This document shows, piece by piece, positions 18,772 through 29,639 of a stretch of 64,000 bases of DNA. How positions within the stretch are numbered: position 1 is the first letter of the stretch; each line of letters opens with the position of its first letter. The notes under the pieces are model-generated. The model searched no databases and was not told the DNA's origin. It worked only from the letters and a program-made list of their open reading frames with translations. Source of the stretch: Myxococcota bacterium (lineage in GTDB: Bacteria; Myxococcota_A; SURF-8); contig CAXXQS010000002.1 of assembly GCA_963674735.2 (NCBI GenBank), positions 64,001 to 128,000 on the forward strand. The letters run 5' to 3'. A program made the translations under genes and the position numbers.

Positions 18772-21700
18772 ATGAATGGACGGGTGTACATTGCCGTCGA
18801 TAAAAAACAACATGCCGATCTTTATCAAGATCTGTCTGCGTCCGTTAAAAACCAGCAGAAAAAATGGGAAAACGCATCGATCAAACCCACGCTCTACCCC
18901 TCCAATACCGATCTGTTCACGGCATTGAAGGAAGGCCTTCACCATCCACAACCGGTTCCCGTTTGCGTGCTGGACGACGATCCGGCCATGGCGGCCGAAA
19001 TCAAGCACTTCGATCCGCATGTGCAGATCATTCTGCTTAGCGACGCCCCGGACGATCGCCCGTCACTCGACAGCGACGGGATTTACAACGTTCGTTCAAC
19101 CCACGACTTCGGCGAGCTGCTTCCGCTCGTCCACTCGCTGATCGCCAACTGGAACCTCACAAAGGGAAATGCCGCCAGCGCCATCAGCACGCGAGAAAAG
19201 ACCGGCCGCTTTCAACGCTTGGTGGAACAAATGGGAGAAGGTTTGTGCGTCATCGACCGGCAAGCCCACATCTCCTTCATCAACGCATCCGGAGCGGCCA
19301 TGCTCGGGCTATCCAAGGAGGCCCTCCATAAGCGTAGTTTCATCGATTTCATCGATTCAGCCAGCGAGCTGGACCGTGAAGAAGCCCGTTTGGCCATCCA
19401 AAGCGCCGTTCAAAACGGTCAGGATTTTTCAAGCGACGGCTTTCTCCTGCGGCGGGAAGGCACTTCCGATCCCTTCACGGCCAAGATTACACTCAGCCCC
19501 CTGCAATCGCCCTGGGACGACGACCATTGCGTCATGGTTTTCCAGGATATCACCGCCAGCAAACGGATGGACCACATCGTCCGCACATCCCGTGAAAAGC
19601 TGTTCACCATCCTCGACAGCCTGGATGCCGCGGTATACGTGGCCGACATGGAAACACACGAAATCCTGTTCGCCAACAAGCTGCTCTGGGATGCGCGCGG
19701 CAACGTCATCGGCAAACCTTGTTACGAAGTCATTTCCTCCGGTCGCACCGGTCCCTGTCCCAGCTGTAACAACCACAAATTGGTGGACGAAAACGGCAAT
19801 CCGGCCGGAATCCTCGAATGGGAGCATCAAAACTCCGAAACCGGCAAGTGGTACGCCATCCGCGATCAGGCCATTCCCTGGTACGACGGCCGCAACGTGC
19901 GACTCGAAATTTCGGTCGACATCACCCGGATGAAGCAGGTTGAAAAGCAGCTGTCCGTCACCAAGATTCTGGCCGAAAAGGAGCGGGACAAGCTGCGCTC
20001 CATGATCGAAGGCATGGAAGAAGGCATCATCGTCGCCAACGAGGTCGATGTCATCACCGAAGTGAACAGCTGGCTGTTGAAAACCTGGTCGACGCAACGC
20101 GAAGACCTGATCGGCAAGCGCCTGTGGGATCTGGATGTCGAACACATCACCGCGCGCCTCAAGCCGGTTCTGGCTCAGTTCAAATCGGGCATCATCCGCA
20201 AAGCCTTATCCATCAACACGGAAATGGCCGGTTTGCAGATTTCCCTGCGGGTCCAACCCATTTTCCGACGGGACAAATTCGCGGGGATGATCCTGAACTT
20301 CCTGAACGTCACCGATCTGGTCATGGCGCGCCATGCGGCCGAAAAGGCGAATCTCGCCAAGAGCGAATTCCTGGCCAACATCAGCCACGAAATCCGCACC
20401 CCGATCAACGGGGTTCTCGGCATGTCCTCGCTCGTGCTGGGCACGGAGCTGAGCAGCGAGCAGCGGGAATATGCCAGTACGATTTACAGCAGCGCCGACC
20501 ACCTCCTCGAATTGGTAAACGGCATTCTCGATTTCTCGAAAATCGAGGCCGGGGATTTCGAAGTCGAGGATATCGATTTCAACCTGAAACCCACCCTGCA
20601 CGAAGCGGTCAACATGCTGGCCGCCAAGGCCGAAGAAAAAGGCCTCGAGATGATCCTGCATGTCGCGCCCGACGTTCCGGACGCGCTGATCGGAGATCCT
20701 TACCGCCTGCGCCAGGTGATCTTGAATCTGCTGAGCAACGCCATCAAGTTCTCCGACCGCGGCGAAGTGATTACCGAAGTGGCCGTCAAGCAATTCACGG
20801 ATCACGAAGTCGAATTGCTGGTTTCCGTCACCGATCCGGGCATCGGCATCGCCCCCGAAAAGCAACTCGATATTTTCAACGCGTTTTACCAGGCCGACAG
20901 TTCCATCACGCGTCAATACGGCGGAACCGGTTTGGGCCTGACGATCTCCGCCCGCATCGTCGAATTGATGGGCGGCTATATCTGGGTTGAAAGCGAAATC
21001 GGCAAAGGCAGCACCTTCTTTTTCAAAATCAAACTCGGCGTCCAGCAAAAGCCGAATGAAGAAAACGCCTTTATCGGAAAGGCCATCTCGCCGGGTTTGC
21101 GTACCCTCGTCGTCGACGACATCTCGACCAACCGGCGCATTCTGGAAGAGATGCTGTCCCAGTGGGATGTCAAAACCACCACCTTGAGCAGTGCGGCGGA
21201 AGCACTCGGCGAACTGACGCGCGCGGAAGCCGAAGGAGAGCCCTACCGGCTGGTCATCATCGACGCTCAGATGCCGAAGATGGATGGATTCGCCCTGGCC
21301 GAGCGCATCAAACAAAATCCCGCTCTGGTCCAAAGCACCGTCATGATGCTTTCCTCGGGCGACACCGTCGGTGCCAGTTCACGCTGCAAGAAACTCGGGC
21401 TCTCGTCCTACCTGATCAAGCCGGTCAAACAGGAAGACCTGCTGAAAAGCATCCTGCTGGCTCTCGGTCAGAAAGAAAAGGAATCGCAACAGCAAGACGA
21501 GCCGCCCGCCGCCTCGGCAACCAAGCCGCCGGTGCGCATGCGGATCCTGCTGGCGGAAGACAACATCATCAACCAGAAAATCGTCGCAACCGCCTTGAAA
21601 AAGCGCGGCCACGACGTGGTGACCGTGATGAACGGGCAGGAAGCGCTCGAAATCTGGAGCAAACAACCTTTCGACATCATCCTGATGGATGTCCAGATGC

Positions 21701-22290
21701 CGATTATCGACGGATTTTCCGCCACGCGCAAAATCCGGAAGGCCGAAAAAGAAACCGGGGGCCGTATCCCCATCATTGCCCTGACGGCCCATGCCCTCAA
21801 GGGCGACCGGGAGCGCTGCATCGAAGTCGGTATGGATGATTACATCACCAAGCCGATCGACCCGAATGCCCTCGTCGAATTATTGGAAAACTTCGAGCCG
21901 GCCCCGCCGCCTGAAGACCCGAGCGACGAACAAAGCCCGTTCGACAGTGAACGGCTGTTGCACCGCATCGAAGGCGATTGGTCGATTGCCGCCGAATTGG
22001 TAAAGCTTTATTTGGAGGATACGGAAAATCAGTTGCAGGAACTCGGTAAAGCCATCACCGCCGCTCAGCTCGACCGTGTGCAGCAGATTTCACATCTACT
22101 GAAGGGTTCCTCGCTGAGCATCGGGGCCGAGCAATTTGCCACAGACGTGCAAAAAATCTGGCAAGCCGCCGTTAACGGCAAAATGGACGTCGTCACACGT
22201 CTTTCGGAATCGGCGACAACCGATTTCAAAGGCCTTCGCAGCACAATGGAAGAATTCATCGTCATGGTGAAAAATCGCGTTTTTAATTGA
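18772..22290 (+). CDS. Hybrid sensor histidine kinase (3 PAS, HisKA, HATPase, 2 REC, Hpt)
   Basis: H-box [12 protein letters not shown]; NLLSNAIKF; GGTGLGL; receivers VVDD...IIDAQMP and AEDN...LMDVQMP; Hpt HLLKGSS; ATG 18772 with GGAG. Confidence 0.95.
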   Translation: MNGRVYIAVDKKQHADLYQDLSASVKNQQKKWENASIKPTLYPSNTDLFTALKEGLHHPQPVPVCVLDDDPAMAAEIKHFDPHVQIILLSDAPDDRPSLDSDGIYNVRSTHDFGELLPLVHSLIANWNLTKGNAASAISTREKTGRFQRLVEQMGEGLCVIDRQAHISFINASGAAMLGLSKEALHKRSFIDFIDSASELDREEARLAIQSAVQNGQDFSSDGFLLRREGTSDPFTAKITLSPLQSPWDDDHCVMVFQDITASKRMDHIVRTSREKLFTILDSLDAAVYVADMETHEILFANKLLWDARGNVIGKPCYEVISSGRTGPCPSCNNHKLVDENGNPAGILEWEHQNSETGKWYAIRDQAIPWYDGRNVRLEISVDITRMKQVEKQLSVTKILAEKERDKLRSMIEGMEEGIIVANEVDVITEVNSWLLKTWSTQREDLIGKRLWDLDVEHITARLKPVLAQFKSGIIRKALSINTEMAGLQISLRVQPIFRRDKFAGMILNFLNVTDLVMARHAAEKANLAKSEFLANISHEIRTPINGVLGMSSLVLGTELSSEQREYASTIYSSADHLLELVNGILDFSKIEAGDFEVEDIDFNLKPTLHEAVNMLAAKAEEKGLEMILHVAPDVPDALIGDPYRLRQVILNLLSNAIKFSDRGEVITEVAVKQFTDHEVELLVSVTDPGIGIAPEKQLDIFNAFYQADSSITRQYGGTGLGLTISARIVELMGGYIWVESEIGKGSTFFFKIKLGVQQKPNEENAFIGKAISPGLRTLVVDDISTNRRILEEMLSQWDVKTTTLSSAAEALGELTRAEAEGEPYRLVIIDAQMPKMDGFALAERIKQNPALVQSTVMMLSSGDTVGASSRCKKLGLSSYLIKPVKQEDLLKSILLALGQKEKESQQQDEPPAASATKPPVRMRILLAEDNIINQKIVATALKKRGHDVVTVMNGQEALEIWSKQPFDIILMDVQMPIIDGFSATRKIRKAEKETGGRIPIIALTAHALKGDRERCIEVGMDDYITKPIDPNALVELLENFEPAPPPEDPSDEQSPFDSERLLHRIEGDWSIAAELVKLYLEDTENQLQELGKAITAAQLDRVQQISHLLKGSSLSIGAEQFATDVQKIWQAAVNGKMDVVTRLSESATTDFKGLRSTMEEFIVMVKNRVFN

Positions 22291-22345
22291 TGGCGCACGC
22301 AGGATCACGTTGCCAGGAAAAGATCCTGGCTATAGGGAGCGATAG

Positions 22346-22696
22346 ATGAACATCGAGAAAAGCAAACAAGAACCCATCACCATCATCCGGCTTCAAGAAG
22401 CCCGTATCGATGCGGGAAACGCGCCGGATCTGAAATCATTTTTGCTCAACATCATCGAAGAAGAACGCCCGTTACTGGGTCTGGACTTATCGGCCGTCCG
22501 CTTTATCGACAGTTCGGGCTTGGGTGCGCTGGTTACGGTTCTCAAACAGATCGGTCAAAATGGAGCCATGGGTTTGTGGGGACTCAACCGCGAAGTACGC
22601 GCGCTTTTCGAACTGACGCAGCTCTATAAAGTATTTGATATTTTCGAAACGGAACGGGATGCCCTGCTCAAATTGCAACAGCATGTCCCTGCGTAA
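22346..22696 (+). CDS. STAS-domain anti-sigma factor antagonist (RsbV/SpoIIAA-like)
   Basis: LDLSAVRFIDSSGLGALV with the phospho-acceptor Ser. Confidence 0.95.
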   Translation: MNIEKSKQEPITIIRLQEARIDAGNAPDLKSFLLNIIEEERPLLGLDLSAVRFIDSSGLGALVTVLKQIGQNGAMGLWGLNREVRALFELTQLYKVFDIFETERDALLKLQQHVPA

Positions 22697-23096
22697 GTCC
22701 ATCGAGCTTGCGCCGCAAGTGGAAAAGGTACGGGAAATCAGCGAAGCCATGGTCGCCGATGTGGCGGCCGTCTCCGACGACCCGAACCTGTTGTTCCGCA
22801 TCAATATCGGGCTTACCGAAGCCTTGACCAACAGCATTGTGCACGGCTGCAAAACCCCGTCGGAATCGGTCTCGCTGATTTACCAAATCAACAAAGACGA
22901 CCACATCTTCCACATCCACGATCCGGGCACCGGCCCCACCGAAGGTCAACTCACCGATCCGAAAGTGGACGACGATCTGTTAAGCGATCACCACCGGGGG
23001 CAGGTGATCATTCATTGGGCGGCGGATGAGGTGAGTTATTCCGCGTCGGAAAACGGATTCGATCTGATCTTGTTGTTCAGATCCCGAGACGAGTAA
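22683..23096 (+). CDS. RsbW-like anti-sigma factor Ser/Thr kinase (HATPase_c_2)
   Basis: LTEALTNSIVHG, IHDPGTG, HRGQVII; overlaps the STAS gene. Confidence 0.88.
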   Translation: MSLRKSIELAPQVEKVREISEAMVADVAAVSDDPNLLFRINIGLTEALTNSIVHGCKTPSESVSLIYQINKDDHIFHIHDPGTGPTEGQLTDPKVDDDLLSDHHRGQVIIHWAADEVSYSASENGFDLILLFRSRDE

Positions 23097-23102
23097 TCCA
23101 GG

Positions 23103-24572
23103 CTAGAGACCGACGAATCGCTTGGTTCGACGTTTGCCCCATAGCGGCTTGACCAACTGCCCCACGACAATCTTCGCATCCATCAACAGGCTTCGCTTTT
23201 TGGCGTAAACCGTTTCGAGAATACGCTTTTCCAGTTCATCGTCACCGAGATTTCCCACTTCGATCCACCCCGGAGACAAGCGATAGCGTTCCAACATCCA
23301 TTCCTCGCAGGCCTGGAGGCTTTCTTCGGCCGTTAACGGCGAGGGACCGACCAGCCGCATATCGCCTTTCAGGACATTGATCAAAGCCGGCCAGCGAGCC
23401 AAAAGGGAACCTTCGCGCCGCAGATGAAGCATCTGAAAACGCGGCAGATACGTGAGATCGTCGGGAGTTTCGACCACGCCTTTCCCAAGGACCTCTTTCC
23501 CGATCACCGACGACTCGTTGTTCTTACGCTGTATCAGAGAGGCCGCAACACCCAGCGGCGCCATTCCGACCAACAATCCCATTGCCATTCCGCGCTGGAT
23601 CAGCGACTCCATCCAATCGCTCAAGACCGAGCGGCTCATGCTGCCGAGCAAGAACGAATCGGTAATCAGGACACGCGTACCGAAATCGAAGGTGAACAAC
23701 ATATTCTCGGCGACAAAAGCACGCGACACGCGGGTCATCTCGCCGATATAGGAGTGGGAAGCCACGACGCTGTTGGTGATTTTGGCACGACGCGCTACAA
23801 CCGTATCGTCGCCGATCACCGCGTTGGGTCCCACCTCCGCTTCCGCGATCACCTGTGTATGGTGACCGATCAACACCGGTGGCACCAACCGCGCCTTGGG
23901 GTGAACATCCGCCAAGCGCCCCACAAACACGCCCGGCCGCTCTTCCACGTAGGTGCTGTGAGCCGCCAGATCGGGTTGGCGCAGCAGCCGCAAATTGAGG
24001 TCCAGCAGGCCCGTCAACCCCTCGCCCGCCATCGCCGGATCATCGACCTCGATGATGCCGGTCGATGAAGACGATTCGGCGTCCATCGCCAAGGTTTCGA
24101 ACAGCGGCCCCTGCGCGCCATCCAGCAGGCGATCGGAAGCCGGACTTAGAATCACGGCCACGATCCGGCCGTTTTGTCGCTCGCGAATCAGACTGATGGG
24201 ACGCTGCGCCCGGGCATGCCGATCGGCCAGCTTGGCGTAATTCAGCTTCGCCATCACCAGACCGGCAACGACAACCAGGGTTTCATCGAATAAAAATCGA
24301 TGTTTGAGCAGGCTCTCGCATTCATCGCCGGAACGCGCACCGATCAACACGGCCAGATTGACGCCGAAGCGCACGCCGTCATGGAAATAGGTATTGACGT
24401 CGTTGAGTCCATCGCTCACGATCAACGCCACATCGCGCAGATTGTGCTGATAGGCCTGCTCGATCTGGTGCTGAGCGATCGGCTTGTTTTGAACCGGCAA
24501 CAGCGCCGGAAAAACCGATTTGGCCAGAGACCCGAAAGGGTCGCTACGGGTATGTAGAAGAACCAATTTCAT
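23103..24572 (-). CDS. Degenerate NTP-transferase + left-handed beta-helix + degenerate sugar transferase (PGT) fusion
   Basis: ALLPVQNKPI; hexapeptide repeats (PVLIG...VGPNAVIGDDTVV); NVLKGDMRLVGPSP. Confidence 0.8.
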   Translation of the reverse strand: MKLVLLHTRSDPFGSLAKSVFPALLPVQNKPIAQHQIEQAYQHNLRDVALIVSDGLNDVNTYFHDGVRFGVNLAVLIGARSGDECESLLKHRFLFDETLVVVAGLVMAKLNYAKLADRHARAQRPISLIRERQNGRIVAVILSPASDRLLDGAQGPLFETLAMDAESSSSTGIIEVDDPAMAGEGLTGLLDLNLRLLRQPDLAAHSTYVEERPGVFVGRLADVHPKARLVPPVLIGHHTQVIAEAEVGPNAVIGDDTVVARRAKITNSVVASHSYIGEMTRVSRAFVAENMLFTFDFGTRVLITDSFLLGSMSRSVLSDWMESLIQRGMAMGLLVGMAPLGVAASLIQRKNNESSVIGKEVLGKGVVETPDDLTYLPRFQMLHLRREGSLLARWPALINVLKGDMRLVGPSPLTAEESLQACEEWMLERYRLSPGWIEVGNLGDDELEKRILETVYAKKRSLLMDAKIVVGQLVKPLWGKRRTKRFVGL

Positions 24573-24607
24573 GATTTACTCACCAGCCGGGACGTTCCTG
24601 GGGGAGA

Positions 24608-26665
24608 TCAAAATGCGCCTCGGCCGCCCATTACAGCCGGAATCGTTCTTAAAATCAATCGGATGTCGCCCCAGAAACTCTGGTTGCGCATGTACTCCCG
24701 ATCCAGCAGCACCTGCCGATCGAAACCGAGCAGGCTACGGCCGCTGACCTGCCACAAACAGGTCAACCCCGGCATGATCTCCAGACGATCCCGATCCGAT
24801 ACGGCGTACTCGCGAACCTCATCCTGAGTCGGGGGTCGAGGCCCGACCAGCGACATATCGCCGAGAAAAACATTGAACAGCTGGGGAAGTTCATCGATGG
24901 ACAAACGCCGGATCAGGCGGCCGACCTTCGTAATCCGGGGGTCGCGCGCCATCTTGAAGATCACCCCTGCATCCGATTCATTCAGATCCAGCATTTCTTT
25001 CTTCAGCGCATCCGCGTTCACCACCATGGACCTGAATTTATACATCTTGAAGACGCGGCCATGACGCCCCACCCGATTCTGCCCGAAGAAAACCGGGCCT
25101 TCCGCATCCTCGATCTTGATGGCCAGAGCCGTTGCCAGAAACAGCGGCGATAAAAGCGCCAGTCCGCTCGTGGCCCCGATGATATCCAGCAGACGCTTCG
25201 CTTTCAGGCTGCCTTCGGTTGCGGCAAACCAGAGGAAGCGCGTTACCTGATAACGCAATTCGGCACGGTACCGCTGGCTGGGCACATCGATATCGCTGAA
25301 CCGCTTGATCAATTGCGTGCGCGCCTGCGACACATACCAGCGCCAGACGCCCCACAAGAACTGCGGATTGCCTACCAGGTAGCGTCTGAACATGCGGCGC
25401 GGTTCCTGGCCGAAACGCCACAGCCACTCGAATCCCAGTTCGCGCACCCAGATCGGCGCACGCGGGATGCGTCCCGAGTAGAAATCGAACAGCCCGCCAA
25501 CCCCCATCGCCACGCCGACGTTCAGACGAGGCAGGTTTCGCTCGATCCATTTTTCCTGCGTCGGTACGCCACGCGCGACCAACAGCAGATCCGGCCGCAT
25601 GTGATTGATTGCGGAGATGATCTGCTCTTCCTCTTCGGTGCCCTCTTCGAAGAAACCGTGCCAGGCTCCGAGAATCTTGAGATCCGGGAAGAGCGCCAAC
25701 ACGCGTTTTTTCGCCACTTCCGAGACACCGGGCGCCGCACCCAGCAAAAACAGACTCTTGCCCGCTTGCTGAGCCCGATCGCAGAGGATGGGAAACAGGT
25801 CGGTGCCGTTGACGTTCTCGCGAACCTCGGCTCCGATCATCGAACCGGCCAGTCGCACGCCCACGCCGTCCGGAAACACCGCATCGGCCCGCTTGAGAAT
25901 CGACTGGTAATCGGCGTCTTTCGCCGCCACGTTGAAACAATGCGGATTGACAAACGTGATATGCTTGCGCCTCTTTTCCGATAGCGCGAGAATGTGCTCG
26001 ACGGCCTGCCGCAGGGTCAGATTCGACACTTCCACATCACGCAGGACGAAGGAATTGACATTCACCGGCGTCGAGCCGCCCATGATCAAAGTCGGAATGG
26101 TGCGGGCCAGAATCGCCAGATCCTTTTTCACCGATCGTTCGGCCAGATAGGCGCGCTCCGGCGTGCGGCGACCATCGAAGGCGATGTTCATGCGTTTGCG
26201 GATGCGATACGGATCCGAAAGTCCCGGACGCACCGCCAGGCGAATGCGGTCGTGCTCTTCGAGCTTCGCAGTTTCTTCCGGCGAGAGGGCCTCCGGTCCG
26301 ACAAACGCCATCTCGCCTTTGATGATGTTCAACAGAACCGGAACATCGTAGGCATGGGTTCGCTTCAGCAGTTCCATCAGCCAGCCGAGACGCTTGATGC
26401 GCGCCGGTTTTTTAAAACGCAGCCGGGTAAAGAGACGTGCGTCACGGCCCACCAGCTGCTCGCGCTCGAATATCTGCGGCTCGCCGTTGGCGATCAAGGC
26501 CGCAGCGACAACGGCGGAAATCGCCATCCCGCTCGGGGCTCCCGTCGCGGCAAGCGCCAGATCCAGAAGCCGACGCCGGGCGTCGATACGTCGTTTGAAC
26601 GCGTTGAGCGTCCCGGACCCGGAGGTTTCCGGTGCGCGTTTCGCTTCGTTGGACTTACGTTTCAT
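24608..26665 (-). CDS. PGT-like + WecG/TagA/CpsF glycosyltransferase + active phosphoglycosyl transferase fusion
   Basis: WecG motifs FPDGVGV, ENVNGTDL, GVGGLFDFYSG, EWLWR..QEP.R; C-terminal PGT KFRSM...DPRIT...SIDELPQ...GDMSLVGPRP. Confidence 0.92.
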   Translation of the reverse strand: MKRKSNEAKRAPETSGSGTLNAFKRRIDARRRLLDLALAATGAPSGMAISAVVAAALIANGEPQIFEREQLVGRDARLFTRLRFKKPARIKRLGWLMELLKRTHAYDVPVLLNIIKGEMAFVGPEALSPEETAKLEEHDRIRLAVRPGLSDPYRIRKRMNIAFDGRRTPERAYLAERSVKKDLAILARTIPTLIMGGSTPVNVNSFVLRDVEVSNLTLRQAVEHILALSEKRRKHITFVNPHCFNVAAKDADYQSILKRADAVFPDGVGVRLAGSMIGAEVRENVNGTDLFPILCDRAQQAGKSLFLLGAAPGVSEVAKKRVLALFPDLKILGAWHGFFEEGTEEEEQIISAINHMRPDLLLVARGVPTQEKWIERNLPRLNVGVAMGVGGLFDFYSGRIPRAPIWVRELGFEWLWRFGQEPRRMFRRYLVGNPQFLWGVWRWYVSQARTQLIKRFSDIDVPSQRYRAELRYQVTRFLWFAATEGSLKAKRLLDIIGATSGLALLSPLFLATALAIKIEDAEGPVFFGQNRVGRHGRVFKMYKFRSMVVNADALKKEMLDLNESDAGVIFKMARDPRITKVGRLIRRLSIDELPQLFNVFLGDMSLVGPRPPTQDEVREYAVSDRDRLEIMPGLTCLWQVSGRSLLGFDRQVLLDREYMRNQSFWGDIRLILRTIPAVMGGRGAF

Positions 26666-26667
26666 CG

Positions 26668-27615
26668 CTAGAACACACTCTCCGGTACGTAAACGATGTC
26701 GTTGGGCTCCAGTACGAAATCGACGCCTTTGCCTTCCAGAATATCATCCATATCGACTTCGAAAACTTCCGGTTTGGTTACGGCATTGCGCACGATCCGC
26801 ACCCGACTCGTGCGGGCGGCCGGCAAGAACCCACCGCTGACCGCAATCGCCTTGGTCAGGGTCATCGGGCGCAGCAACGGAACCACCGAGGGAGACCGCA
26901 CGGCCCCCAGAATCAGAATCTCGCGGCTTGTCGAAACGGGAATGTAAAGAATATCCCTGGGGCGAACGCGAATGTTGTAGCGCATGTCGCCGGAGACGAT
27001 CAACGACGGAAAATCAATGGGCAGCACTTCGCCGTTTCGCGACAGATACGAACGCTGTAAATCGGCTCCCGGCAATTCAAGCTCATTGACCGTAACCGTG
27101 CGCAGACCGCCCGCCATGGCAATGGCCTTCAGAATGCGGATCTCACCGGTAATCTGATGAATGCCCGGCTTCTTGACACCATCGCCCAAAATAACGAAAT
27201 CATTGCTCGAAAACTCGTTGATGATGATATCCGTCTTGGCACCCTTCAGGTAGGTATTGAGACGAACATCCAGTTCTTCGATGATTTCCGCCACGCGCCG
27301 ATTTTTCGCGATCACCTCGCCTACCAGCGGGAAAGTGAAATTGCCGTTCGGCTCGATCGTGACGGTACGGGTCAGGCTCTCTTCTCCATACACGTAAATC
27401 GTGATGGTGTCGCCCGGCCCGAGACGGTAGGAACTCGTTTCTTCCTCTTCCATCGCCATCATCTCCTCGAAGGTGATGCTCGATTTCGGAGGCGCGAACC
27501 CCAGCGCGGGATCCATGGTATCCGCCGGATTGGGAAGCCGTTTGGTCCCGCCGCAGGCCCACAGGCTTGCGATTAAAACCACCGACACGACAAGAAACAG
27601 GATTCGTTGGCTCAT
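26668..27615 (-). CDS. wza: Polysaccharide export outer-membrane lipoprotein (OPX)
   Basis: Lipobox LWAC; YRLGPGDTI...GNFTFPLVGEV; two SLBB repeats. Confidence 0.92.
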   Translation of the reverse strand: MSQRILFLVVSVVLIASLWACGGTKRLPNPADTMDPALGFAPPKSSITFEEMMAMEEEETSSYRLGPGDTITIYVYGEESLTRTVTIEPNGNFTFPLVGEVIAKNRRVAEIIEELDVRLNTYLKGAKTDIIINEFSSNDFVILGDGVKKPGIHQITGEIRILKAIAMAGGLRTVTVNELELPGADLQRSYLSRNGEVLPIDFPSLIVSGDMRYNIRVRPRDILYIPVSTSREILILGAVRSPSVVPLLRPMTLTKAIAVSGGFLPAARTSRVRIVRNAVTKPEVFEVDMDDILEGKGVDFVLEPNDIVYVPESVF

Positions 27616-29639
27616 GATATTAGCTTCTTCAAAATAAGGTTTTCCACGGCGTCACGGCCCAGCGCAACCTTGCGGTAGGCACTCGTCGTGAGTCTTTCCT
27701 GATGGCGAGCCATAAACGGCTCGGCATCCGTGATAAAGGCTCCGAGGATGGGAGTTCCAAGCCCTCCCAACTGACGCAGCACTCTTTCGACATGATCTTT
27801 CTTCGTCACACCCGCCCGCACGACCAGAACGATCGCATCCAGTTGCGGGACCAGTTCCATCACCTGCACGTAATCGAAGGCCGGGGGCGCATCGATCAGA
27901 ATCAGGTCGTAGCGATCCTTCAACTGGCGGAAAATCTTGGCCAATCGTTCGCTACCCAGAAAATCGAGATCGCCCGGCCGCTTGAAGCGCGCCTGGAAGC
28001 GATCGGGAAGTCCCTCTTCGGTTTTATCGATCGGACCCTCGAAGGCTTCTTCCCCCGCCAAACGACGCTCGGTAATCTGGTCTTCGGGAAGCTCGGGGAA
28101 AAGATCGGCTCCGATATACAACACCCGCTTACCGCGAGCAGCCATGACATTGGCCAGATTTTCGGTGACGGTCGTCAACCCGTTCCCGTCGGTGGTGGAA
28201 AAGAAACCGACCACCTTTTTCCCGGCCAGCTTGTTTTCGACCAACAAACTCGAAACCGTCGGCTTGTAAAGATCCGGCTCCAACAGGGGAATATCATCCC
28301 GCGCATCGGCATCATGCAGATGCTGCCCGAGAACCGGCAAACCGAAGATGCCGAAAACTTCCTTGGCCGACATCAAAACCGAGTTGAAGAACTCCAGCAG
28401 TAAAATCAGAACGATAAAAAACGCGGTGCCGCCGACCGGAATCGCCACGGCCGCAAGTTTGGCCAGCGAGCTTTCGGGTCGCGTGGGGGGACTGGCCCGC
28501 TCGATAATGCGGAATTCACCATGCGTGTCCCGCGCCGTCGCCGCCGCTTCTTCACGCCGCGACATCAAATCTCTCAGCGCCTGTTTGGAGAAGAGGTACC
28601 GCTGCTGAATCGCCGAAAACGCCTTCTCGTTGTCGGTGAAATTCTTCAGGCGCTCCTCCAGCTCTTTCTTCTGGCCGGTCAACGAATTGATGCGCCCGTA
28701 GATGGTGGCGCGCCTGACCTCGGACCGGCCCCGCTCGTCGCTGGCGACGGTCTTCAGCATGGCCTGCAGTTCTTCATTTTTCTTCTGAATACGCGGATTT
28801 TCTTCCGTGTAACGGCTCCGCAACTGATCGAGCTCTTTCCGCAGCGATTCGATCCGCTTGAGCCCCGCGCTATCGAGCCCGGCCGCACCGCCGAAAGATT
28901 TTTGACCCAGATTGTTGATTTGCCGATTGACGGCACCCAGTTCGATCTTGGCTTCTTCGATCTGGGCCTTGATTTCCGCCACCTTTTCAAGGGACAACTC
29001 GGTTTCCACATCCATCAGGACAATGCCGTGTTCTTTGCGAAACTCCGTCACCTCATCCGAGGCCGCCGCAAATTTTTCTTCGGCATCCTTAACCAGGTAG
29101 TCCAGTTTATCCAAGGCCTTCTGGGCTTCCGCACGGCGCAACTCCAACAGGTATTTCACGAACACGTCAGCCGCCAGATTCGCCACATCCATCGCTTCCT
29201 TCGGATCGGACCCGATACCGGAAATCGCGATCAGATTGGAATTCATGGCGCGCTTGAGCGTAATACGTCCGGCCAGACTTTCGAGCTCGATGTCTTCGCC
29301 GAGTTGCTCTCGGACGGATTCGAGGTTGGAGGGCAACTTGATCGTGTCGACCAAGGTATCGATATTCATGCGTGGCAGTTCGAAATGGCTGCCTTCGCCG
29401 ATCACCACCCCTTTTGGGGGCTCGATGCGCAAGACAACCGAGGTGGCCACGTACGACTGACCGCGAAGAAACAGGCCCGTTCCGACCCCTAAAGCGGCAA
29501 GCAACATAAATAAAAGCAGAAGAATGCGCCAGCGCCGTACGACGGCCAGCACATAGCGACGCCAATCCAACCGTTTGAAAAGGTCGTCCTCTTCCGAATT
29601 CCCACCATTACGCGTATCAGGCAGATACGATTCCGCCAT
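27612..29639 (-). CDS. wzc: Polysaccharide co-polymerase (Wzc/GumC) with degenerate BY-kinase domain
   Basis: Two TMs flanking a long coiled coil; GLPVLG; Walker B YDLILIDAPP; Walker A degenerate (DGNGLTT). Confidence 0.85.
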   Translation of the reverse strand: MAESYLPDTRNGGNSEEDDLFKRLDWRRYVLAVVRRWRILLLLFMLLAALGVGTGLFLRGQSYVATSVVLRIEPPKGVVIGEGSHFELPRMNIDTLVDTIKLPSNLESVREQLGEDIELESLAGRITLKRAMNSNLIAISGIGSDPKEAMDVANLAADVFVKYLLELRRAEAQKALDKLDYLVKDAEEKFAAASDEVTEFRKEHGIVLMDVETELSLEKVAEIKAQIEEAKIELGAVNRQINNLGQKSFGGAAGLDSAGLKRIESLRKELDQLRSRYTEENPRIQKKNEELQAMLKTVASDERGRSEVRRATIYGRINSLTGQKKELEERLKNFTDNEKAFSAIQQRYLFSKQALRDLMSRREEAAATARDTHGEFRIIERASPPTRPESSLAKLAAVAIPVGGTAFFIVLILLLEFFNSVLMSAKEVFGIFGLPVLGQHLHDADARDDIPLLEPDLYKPTVSSLLVENKLAGKKVVGFFSTTDGNGLTTVTENLANVMAARGKRVLYIGADLFPELPEDQITERRLAGEEAFEGPIDKTEEGLPDRFQARFKRPGDLDFLGSERLAKIFRQLKDRYDLILIDAPPAFDYVQVMELVPQLDAIVLVVRAGVTKKDHVERVLRQLGGLGTPILGAFITDAEPFMARHQERLTTSAYRKVALGRDAVENLILKKLIS

